From a virus, in IMG/VR virus record IMGVR_UViG_3300045988_127492, positions 1 through 64,000 of that record: a stretch of DNA of 64,000 nucleotides; one strand, given 5' to 3'. Under the pieces are notes generated by a model. The model was given only the letters and a program-made list of their open reading frames with translations, made no database searches and was not told the DNA's origin. The translations under genes and the position numbers were made by a program. Below are positions 18,691-27,100 of this stretch, in pieces (the first letter of the stretch is position 1; each line of letters begins with the position of its first letter).

Positions 18691-20580
18691 ATGGCTGATT
18701 ATACAATAAATGTAGGCGTAGAGGTTAACGATAGTAAATTAGATGCGCTAGAGACACGAATTAATTCTTTAAAAGAAAAAGAAGTTACTCTTAATGTTGG
18801 GTTAGGCAATACTAAACAGTTAACTAAAAATGCTCAGACAGCAGTACAGACAATTAGCAAAGCAACTGCTAAAGCTGCTAAGAATAGTCCTACTATCAAA
18901 GGTGCTAATCTTATAGAGCAGATAGTAAATCCTGAAGATGCTCTGAAATCTATGTCTAAGAGTGTTAAGGACTTAGCTAAATATGGAGAAAAATTAGATT
19001 TAGGAGAAGTCACTCTATCAGTTAATCAGGGTATCATGGGTGAACTGGATGGACTTCAGAATAAATTAAATAGCATCAAAGAAACTGCTAAGAGCATGGG
19101 TTCTATCCAACTTACTGTTGGAGACAATATTAAAACAGAAAATGGAAAAATAGTTGTTGGAGAATCAAAAAGTTCTACTACTGGTTCTGCAAAGTCTGTA
19201 GGATTGAGTCTTAAGCAAGCACAGGCTGAAATCAAGAAAAACATGAAGACCATCGGCACTCTACAAGAACAGTATGTTGGTGGCATCATTGATAAAGCTA
19301 CATATAAACAATCAAAAAAGACTATAGGTCAGAGGAATGCTCAGTTAGCTAAACAGATTCAGACTCAAGGTACTGCTTCAGACTGGGTTACTTCTGCAGC
19401 CGATTTTAGGCAAGCACAAATTAAGAATCAGGCAGCATATAAAGCAATGACATCTAGTGCTAATGAATATGACAAAGTAATTAGTGACTTAGGTGAAAAG
19501 CAGAAAACATTTAACAAAGCAGCTGAAGTATACAATTCTGGTAAAGCACCTTTAAATAAAACCTTAGGGGAAGGTTATCAGAAACGACTTGATTCTTTCA
19601 ATGATACATATAGACAGTTACAAGAGTCTCACGAAAAACTTGCTACTCTTACCGGAGAAGAACGAGATACAGAAAAAGTTCGATTCAATGCACTTAAGTC
19701 TGAAGCTAATCGTCAAGCCAAGCAGCTTAACAATGTAAATCAGTTCATTTCAAAAACACCTAATAAATATAGTAGATCAGAATATGTAGGTATTGATTTA
19801 GATAAAGCTTCAGATACTGTTCGAACCAAAATGGAACAAATGTCAGCGGAACTTGCTAAAGGTAGTAAATATACCACTGAGTTCAATGCAGCTCAGGGAA
19901 AAATGTATACCACTATTGATAGGGGTTCCGGTGTATTTGAGAAATATCAATTAGCATACAAAGAGGGACCAGGTAACGTAGACCAATCTCTTACTAAGGT
20001 TTCTCAAAGTGTAAAACCTCTTTCTAGTTATGTTTCTGAAATGGGACAAAAGTTCCGTAGTCTTAGTCAGTATCTTATCAGTAATTTTGGATTCCAAGCA
20101 CTTCAAACTGGTGTCACTTCTGGCGTTACTTCCATAAAAGAATTAAATTCAGCAATGACTGAATTAAAGAAGACATCTTCTGGTACAAAAAAAGAATACA
20201 GCGATTTTACTGCTCAGGCTAAAGTAGATGCCGAAGCTATCGGTAGTACAACTACTCAGATCACCAATAGTGCCGCTGACTACTCTCGTCTTGGTTATAC
20301 TCTGAGTGATTCTCAGACTTTAGCTAAAAATACTGGTATTCTGAAAAATGTATCAGAATTTGATTCTATAGATGATGCCACTTCTGCAATGATTTCTATG
20401 ATGAAAGCATACGACGTAAAAGTTGATGATTCCATGGATCTCATTGATAAAATGAATCTTGTTGGTAATAACTATGCCATTTCTACAGATGGTATTGCTA
20501 CTGCTCTGCAGAATTCAGGTTCAGCTTTAGTAGCAGCGGGAAACGACTTTGATAAGTCAGTTGCCCTTGTAACTGCAGCT
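18691..20580 (+). CDS. Tape measure protein, exon 1 (630 aa)
   Basis: RBS GTGAGGTGAG. Long helical Lys/Gln/Ala-rich sequence that enters the conserved TMP core (...NYAISTDGIATALQNSGSALVAAGNDFDKSVALVTAA). Confidence 0.8.
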
Positions 20581-21439
20581 ATGACACAAAATGGCTGTGT
20601 ATATAGAAATATATACTACGAATACATCTAACTGCTGGAAACCCCTTAGAGCCTTATACCACAATATAGAGGAAACTACTATATGATGGTTTAAAAACAT
20701 AAGGATTGGGAAATCAGCAACTAAACTCCTAAGTTTTTTAATATGGAGGAAGCTCAACGACTATTCTCGTGAAGAGCTATGAACTTAGAGAATACATATT
20801 CATAGCAATAGAAGTACGGCGCAATCGCAAATGGCGTAGGTGAAAACCCTTTAAATGGAAATGGTGTACCCTTAACAGATAAAGCTGAAGGTGAAGATAT
20901 AGTCTATACAATATAGAAATATATTGAAATGTTAATTAATTATAAGGATAACAATGAAAAAATTTGATAAAGAATATTCAACTCAATATACACCCGAAGG
21001 ATAAATTAAAATATGACAATATTGCAAAATATATAAGAGGTCGTTTATTACCTTGGATTAATCAGCAGAAACAAAAATGTAATTATATTTGTGCTATTGC
21101 AGGAAAAAGAAGTAATATCGTTCTACATCATATTTATAGTTTCAATAAAATTCTTGAAGAGGCAATCAGTATTCTAAATTTTCCCATTTTAGATAACATA
21201 AATGAATATAGCAACAAACAACTTGATTCTTTATATGATAAATTTATAGAAATACAATCAAATTATAATTCATACGTCTGTATAGAAGACAGCATACATA
21301 AAAAATTTCATTCTATATATGGATATGGAAACAATACACCGGAACAGTGGAATGAATTTTTAGAAACTTATAATAAACAAATTGCATAAATAAAATTAAT
21401 TAATATTTGTAAGGTTTTGCGAACCTTATTACTAAATAG
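20581..21439 (+). mobile_element. Group I intron 1 in the tape measure gene, with an HNH endonuclease gene
   Basis: P1: exon CAGCT 20576-20580 pairs with GGCTG 20593-20597 (U.G, extendable by two wobbles). A TAG at 21437-21439 fixes the 3' splice site after G 21439. P-like TAACTGCTGGAAACC 20629-20643, Q-like AAATCAGCAAC 20711-20721, R GCTCAACGACTAT 20752-20764, S GAAGATATAGTCT 20893-20905. The junction TAA|NSVVQDPSQVGAGLRT restores the TMP core. Confidence 0.85.
20964..21389 (+). CDS. HNH-type homing endonuclease (possibly frameshifted start)
   Basis: C..C...HH...N...H..FH pattern (CNYICAIAG...VLHHIYSFN...IHKKFHSIYG). There is no in-frame ATG. An ATG at 20954 with RBS AAGGAT is out of frame by 1 nt across an A6 run. 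Confidence 0.6.
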   Translation: MIKNIQLNIHPKDKLKYDNIAKYIRGRLLPWINQQKQKCNYICAIAGKRSNIVLHHIYSFNKILEEAISILNFPILDNINEYSNKQLDSLYDKFIEIQSNYNSYVCIEDSIHKKFHSIYGYGNNTPEQWNEFLETYNKQIA

Positions 21440-22081
21440 AACAGTGTTGTACAGGACCCGTCTCAGGTAGGTGCTGGTCTTAGAACAATCGCATTACGTC
21501 TTAGAGGTACTTCTGCTGAAGAACTCACTTCTATGGGTGAAGATACAGAAGGTCTCGTAGAGACTACTTCTAAACTTAATTCAAATATCAAGGCTCTTAC
21601 TGCTGTTAATGGTAAAGCAGGCGTTTCTATTCTTGATATGAACGGAAACTATAGAGATACGTATGATATTTTAAAAGATATCTCTCAGGTATGGGGTGAT
21701 ATTGAGAAACAAGATTTAGCAGATGGTCAGAATAGACAAGCTGCTCTGCTTGAAATGATGGCAGGTAAAAACAGAAGTAATATCCTTGCTAGTATTTTAC
21801 AGCATCCTGAATTACTTACAGATGTTTATAATGACTCTGCAAATAATTATCAGAATTCAGCTCAGAATGAGCTTAATACATATCTTGATTCTATTGAAGC
21901 TAAAACACTTAAAATTCAAGAATCTTGGGCTCAGTTATGGCAAACCGATAGAGCAACAAGTGCTTACAAAGGTATATTAGATTTTGGAAATGGAGCAATC
22001 AATGCTTTAGGCAAAATAGGTATAGATAATGTAATAGGTAGTGCAGCCGGTATTGGATTATCTAAACTTGGAAACTGGGGT
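21440..22081 (+). CDS. Tape measure protein, exon 2 (214 aa)
   Basis: The frame is open only from 21440. NSVVQDPSQVGAGLRTIALRLRG continues the TMP core. Ends ...LSKLGNWG. Confidence 0.8.
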
Positions 22082-22515
22082 GGGACAAATTATCAGTTGG
22101 CCCTTTAGAAAACGCCCCATGTAATCTGGTGGTGACACGGAACGATCTTATTATATAAGAAAGGGATTACTAAGCAAACAACCGAAACTGTCTTTATTCG
22201 AAGGAATAAAGAAATGCTTTTAATTTAGCATTCAGGGTGAACCGAAGTATATACTACTCCCCTATTACAGTAATGTGATAGGTATAGTAACAACGTATAT
22301 ATATGGGTGGTCTGCAGCGAAGCTTCTTTATTTTATAGAGAAGAACGTTCATCGACTATAATGGGAACTTGGTCTCCGGATCAAGAAGGAATAGTCAGGA
22401 CTGTTAGGCAGCTTACGCCGAATAAATTAAAGGGTAAATACATCTTACTCTTGTAAGCAATCTTACCTTATGTGCAAAGGTGATGTAGGCACAATTTTTT
22501 CAAAGAGGTGACAAT

Positions 22516-22653
22516 ATGTCCGATAAAAAGGAAACAATGTTTAAAGCTAAAGAAAAACATCAAATAATTGATTCTCCAATTATAAGAGGTATTTCACACA
22601 GTATAAAAGAAATAAAAGAGCAAAAGACTACTCAGTCTCCTGCTCTTTCTTAA
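22516..22653 (+). CDS. Intron-borne micro-ORF (45 aa)
   Basis: RBS AAAGAGGTGA 6 nt before the ATG. It occupies the slot where the sister introns carry the endonuclease gene. Lys-rich, with no recognisable motif. Confidence 0.3.
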   Translation: MSDKKETMFKAKEKHQIIDSPIIRGISHSIKEIKEQKTTQSPALS

Positions 22654-22738
22654 TATAATACGTACAATCTTCATTTTCAAAGTAAGGACATTCCTCTTCT
22701 TTACATTCTTTGTAGAGAGGACATTCTAATATTTCCAT
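22628..22738 (-). CDS. Intron-borne micro-ORF (36 aa, acidic, 4 Cys)
   Basis: RBS GGAGGTAAAG 3 nt before the ATG. Sequence MEILECPLYKECKEEECPYFENEDCTYYIKKEQETE. Its 3' end overlaps ORF 22516..22653 convergently by 26 nt. Confidence 0.3.
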   Translation of the reverse strand: MEILECPLYKECKEEECPYFENEDCTYYIKKEQETE

Positions 22739-22783
22739 AATCTTTACCTCCATAATATAGTTTTGAAAGTAGGTGACAAATTA

Positions 22784-22990
22784 ATGAATAAAAATAACGA
22801 TTCATCTCATTACACAGAAATTCCCATTGTAGAAATTACTGCTGAAGAAGTAATAGCATATATTAATTCTTTCTTTAAACCAAAAGATAACAATCATTCT
22901 ATTCATGAAGTCTCTGTTCCAATTAAATGTCAAAATTGTTCTCTTCATGAAAATCGGATGGGTTGTACCCAATGTAGTCGAGATTGTTAA
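22784..22990 (+). CDS. Intron-borne small protein (68 aa) with Cys-rich C-terminus
   Basis: RBS AGGTGA. C-terminus KCQNCSLHENRMGCTQCSRDC (CxxC...CxxCxxxC). Confidence 0.4.
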   Translation: MNKNNDSSHYTEIPIVEITAEEVIAYINSFFKPKDNNHSIHEVSVPIKCQNCSLHENRMGCTQCSRDC

Positions 22991-23027
22991 CTTTTCTATA
23001 GTATTGTGCAGAGTGTTAGAGTACAGA

Positions 23028-23055
23028 AAGGAGAACTGTGGTAGCAGTTCTCCTT
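23028..23055. terminator. Bidirectional hairpin terminator inside the intron cargo
   Basis: AAGGAGAACTG-TGGTAG-CAGTTCTCCTT, a perfect 11-bp stem with T-rich or A-rich flanks. Sits between convergent ORFs. Confidence 0.55.
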
Positions 23056-23127
23056 CTATTAAAAATTTTAAAAAGAGAAATATATATGACGAAGTAATTA
23101 AATGATAAAGTAGAACATTATTAGCGA

Positions 23128-23313
23128 TTAGTCAACTTTTTTATTCTTGTATTGTCTTTTCATCATCCCGGTGATAAATTTGACTTTCTCATCAGATAAT
23201 TCTGGATGATTGCAAATTTGATCAACAGTATGATTTTTCGAGTTGTAATATAGACTAGCTAATATTACAACAAGTAAAAGACTACTAAGAGATATTATTA
23301 TTCCAGTATTCAT
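23128..23313 (-). CDS. Small single-pass membrane protein (61 aa)
   Basis: Strong RBS GGGGGTGAAAAG. N-terminal TM helix IIISLSSLLLVVILASLYY and Lys-rich tail. The 102-aa version in the ORF track starts at a TTG without an RBS. Confidence 0.5.
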   Translation of the reverse strand: MNTGIIISLSSLLLVVILASLYYNSKNHTVDQICNHPELSDEKVKFITGMMKRQYKNKKVD

Positions 23314-23560
23314 ATTCTTCTTTTCACCCCCTTCCCTTATAAATTTCTTTATTGGGGAAGTGTATTGCCCAGAACGGGCAGATTCTTCGTCCGCATCAGC
23401 AATACAGAATGTATGCCAACACTTCTGCATGATCAAAAGAAATGATCAAGTATATTATCGTGCAGCGAGTTATAATGCAGCACCTATAACCATAATATAC
23501 CTAGTAGTATAATAACAATATTCGACAACTTTGTATATACAGAACATTAGTTTATTATAA

Positions 23561-24064
23561 TCAAAACTTAGCTCCACATTGTCCACACTGATAAGTTTTA
23601 CCCAGATCACCTGTACCAAGTCTTCCGAAGAGTCCTACTTTGAGAATTTTTCTTGTTGCAGTGATCTTGTTAAGGTTTGTGCTGCCGCAGATTGGACACT
23701 TAGGAACACCTACATTGCCATTTTGCTGACTTCTCATCCATTTGAGTGTCTGTTTATTTTGTTCTTCTACACCTTCAGGAGACTCACTGTATTCTCTTTT
23801 ACCTACAGCAATAGAACTTGAACTTCCGTCAAGTTTGCCGTAGAAGTATTTTTTACGGAGCATTTCATCAGTCACTTTAAAACTAGGATAATCACCATCA
23901 TGTGCCTTTTTATACTCTTCTGTTACTTCAATAAGCGCACTAGAATAATCTATACCAGTACCTATAAAAGTTCCAGTTTCGCAGGTAAGACATTTATCGC
24001 CAATTTTATTAATAGAAGACATACTAACTTTACCGCAATTATTGCAGAATAATAATTCATCCAT
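23561..24064 (-). CDS. Double zinc-ribbon protein (167 aa)
   Basis: RBS GGAGAAAAG. N-terminal CNNCG...CLTCE and C-terminal CPICG...CGQCG, separated by a charged linker. Confidence 0.6.
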   Translation of the reverse strand: MDELLFCNNCGKVSMSSINKIGDKCLTCETGTFIGTGIDYSSALIEVTEEYKKAHDGDYPSFKVTDEMLRKKYFYGKLDGSSSSIAVGKREYSESPEGVEEQNKQTLKWMRSQQNGNVGVPKCPICGSTNLNKITATRKILKVGLFGRLGTGDLGKTYQCGQCGAKF

Positions 24065-24103
24065 ACTATTCTTTTCTCCATATAATAACCTAAGATTTAT
24101 TAT

Positions 24104-24132
24104 ATTATATCATACAGTTCGGTTTTCGCCAA
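24104..24132 (-). promoter_or_regulatory. Candidate sigma70-type promoter for the antisense cargo genes
   Basis: Minus strand: extended -10 TGATATAAT (rc of 24104-24112), 17-nt spacer, -35 TTGGCG (rc of 24127-24132). It straddles the 3' splice site, so the -35 lies in TMP exon 3. Confidence 0.4.
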
Positions 24133-27100
24133 GAATGAAGATGGAGGAATTCTACCGCAGACCAGACGTTCTCAAAGAAATAATTTAATTGCTCAAGGCA
24201 ATCAAGAAGTTCAGAGTAATAAAAAAGCATATGAAGATGATTTAAGAGCATTAAATAATTTAAATAGAGAACTTAATAATAATGGTAAAGAAATCGTAGA
24301 TGTAAATAAGCGTCGTGAAATTGCTAATAAAACATTAGAAGAAGCTAGCGACAGAGCTAAGTCCTATGGTTTACAGATTGCTAATAATACAAAAAATCTT
24401 TCTGATTTCAAACGTGAGAATGAAATTAAAGACGAGCCAACTAAGATGGAAAGTTTTACTTCTGGTCTTAAAGGGATCGCTTCATCTGCTCTTTCAGCTG
24501 TAGGTAATACCGTTATTTCAGCTGTAGGTGGACTTGCTGCAGAAAAATTAATTTCTTTAGCATTCCAAGGTATTGATGCCTTGGTTCATTGGGATGACAA
24601 TATTATTGCTAAAGGCCAGGAAGCGAAAGAAACTATTCTTTCGCAGAATGAAGCCTATAAAAATCAGAAATCTCAATTAGGAGAACTCCAGGAACAATAT
24701 ACAAAATTAGCATCAGGTGTCCGTATATCTGGAAATGCTATAAAAAATGTCAGTCTTTCAGATGATGAGTTTCAATCATTCCTTGATACAAGCAATCAAA
24801 TTGCTAATATTGCACCATCTATGGTTGACAATTGGGATTCTGAAGGAAATGCGATTCTTAAATTTGGAACTAGCGCCAAGGAAACTAATCAGCAAATTTC
24901 AGATTATATTCAACTTCAACGAGATGTAACACATTTATCTATTAAAGATAACTTACAAAATGAATATAAAGGCGTAGTCAAAGATGCGGAGAAAGTTGCT
25001 GAAAAAGTTGCATCTTTAGAAAATCAAAAAGACAATGCGGACAATGTCACTTCTAGTTGGGCTGAATTAAAAGATGCGATGGACTCAAATGATTCTATTA
25101 CTACCATTACCACGCATGGCTCTCAAGAAAAAGAGGTCAGAAAATTATTAAGTAAATATGGCATCACACCTATGGTAAGTAGTGACGAAAATGGTGAGTC
25201 TTATACTATAGATACATCAGGCCTTTCTTCGAATGATAGAGAGGAATTAAAAACTTCTCTGGAAGCAAAAGAAGAATATGCTCAAGGTAACGCAAATTTA
25301 ATTGAATCAGAAAAAGCAGTTCAAGAAGCGGTACAAACTTCTAAATGGAAAGATTTGCTTCCAAGTTTACAAGCATATGTTGAATCATCAAATATGTTTG
25401 ATAACATGGATTCAGATGTTGCAGAAAGAGCTAAAAATGGCATTAACACAATGCTATCCAATATTGATATTTCTCAAATGGCAGACCAAATAAAAGATGC
25501 TGGTGATATTGATGATTGGATTGATAAGACTTTAATCGCTCCTATGACATCAGGTTCAAAAGATGTACAAAAAGCTTGGGCTGACCTTTTTTCATTAGAA
25601 GATTCTTATGGTGCCGAAGGCTCAAAGATGACAGTTGGAGAATGGGCTAAGAAAAGAAATGAATATCTTGAGACCATCTCTAAAGGTACTGGTGAAAGCG
25701 TTAGTAGTCTCGCTAAAAAAATGGGATATAAAACTGACGATGGTTGGAGCATCAAAAGTCAGAATGATATTGCAGCTGCCCGTTTATATGGAAAAAACTA
25801 CGATGAAGACCAAAGAAAAGAAATAGGTAATTACTTAAATGGTCTTACTAAAGATAACTATGAAATTGCCATTGATTTACTTATTAATGGTGATGACAAG
25901 TTCTCATCTTTAAAAGAGTTTAGAAGTAAAGTCGACGAAGCAATAGGTGCAGCTCAAGAAGATGCCGAGAAAGCTACTGTATCTTTAGATGCTATGACAA
26001 CTGCTATTACGTCAGCTAAAACTGGTCTCTCGTCTATTAGTACTATTCTCACTGAAACTACTTCTGCAGGTGGAGTTTCATCTGATAACAGAACATCTCT
26101 GATGGCTATGTTCTCCGGTGTAAAAAATGGTGATGAGGAAGTAAATCTCAACAGACTGTTTTCTACTACTGCCGATGGAGTAAAACTCAACGTAGATGCT
26201 CTAAAAGATTATATCCATTACCAACAGGAAGCTACTGATAAGAAGTTCTCTAAAGGTATTGAAAATCAAATCGGTGATTTAAAAGACCTTCGAACAGCAT
26301 GGCAGAATGCTACTGGAGATGAAAAAGATACTGCTCTTGAAAACTTGAAGAATGCGCAGGATGATTATGTTGCTTATATGCAGCAACAGTCTGAATGGCA
26401 AGCAATCAAGAAACAGCAGGATGATCTACTCTCTCAGTATACTCAGTGGCAGACTGCTCAGAGTACAGAGAATGCCGGAGATAGATATAATAATATTTAT
26501 TCTGGTTTAAAAAATGCTAAAGATGCATATGATAAAGGCCTTGTAGGTACAGACGATTTCAAAACATTCGCTGCACTCATCTCTCCTACTGGTTCAGACG
26601 ATGCTAAAAACTTCGCTGAGAACTATGGTAAAGCAGTAAGATATCTCACTGAAGATAAAACAGGAGTTAATAATTTCTTAGCTGACCTTAAAGCTAAAGG
26701 TATGGCTTCATATGATAAGTCCGATGATAGATGGTCATTTAATATAGATGACATGGATAGAGCAGCTCAGTCTCTTGGTATTGGTACTGAGTTTATGAAA
26801 GCAAACTTCGGTCGTCTTCGTGACTATGGTATTGATAATAACTTTATTAGTTCTACAGAAGAAGGTATCAGTAGAGTTAAAGAACTGAGTTTGGCATTAG
26901 CCGAAGAAGAAAAACGCCTTGACAGCTTAGATGATAACTTAGCTACAAACGATACAACAAGAAGTGCTTCTCAGAAGAAAATTGCACAGTACAAAGAGGA
27001 TCTGAAAGAAACAACAGAAAATCTTTCTGAATATTATGGCGAAGATTATACTCAGCAAGCCGCTGCTGATTTCGATGGAGCTGCCATAGCTGTTCAGCAG

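Larger units (their letters stand above)
22082..24121 (+). mobile_element. Group I intron 2 in the tape measure gene, carrying non-endonuclease bidirectional cargo
   Basis: P1: TGGGGT 22076-22081 pairs with GCCCCA 22114-22119 (U.G). P10: GAAAAC 22108-22113 pairs with exon 3 GTTTTC 24122-24127. Omega-G is at 24121. R GTTCATCGACTAT 22347-22359, S GAAGGAATAGTCA 22385-22397. The junction NWG|VFAKNEDGG is in frame. Confidence 0.8.

Noticed and set aside
22109-22515. Possibility that the tape measure simply ends at 22108 and a second gene starts at ATG 24446
   Set aside because: ATG 24446 has no RBS. The upstream 108 codons are open in the same frame and TMP-like. Adjacent P1 and P10 guide sequences match both exon ends exactly, which favours splicing. 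Experimental confirmation is still required.
23314-23436. N-terminal extension making the membrane protein 102 aa
   Set aside because: It would start at a TTG without an SD, whereas the internal ATG 23313 has a very strong RBS. The extension is treated as 5' leader.
23579-23821. 80-aa plus-strand ORF opposite the zinc-ribbon gene
   Set aside because: It has no RBS, and the opposite strand encodes paired CxxC motifs with an RBS and a promoter.
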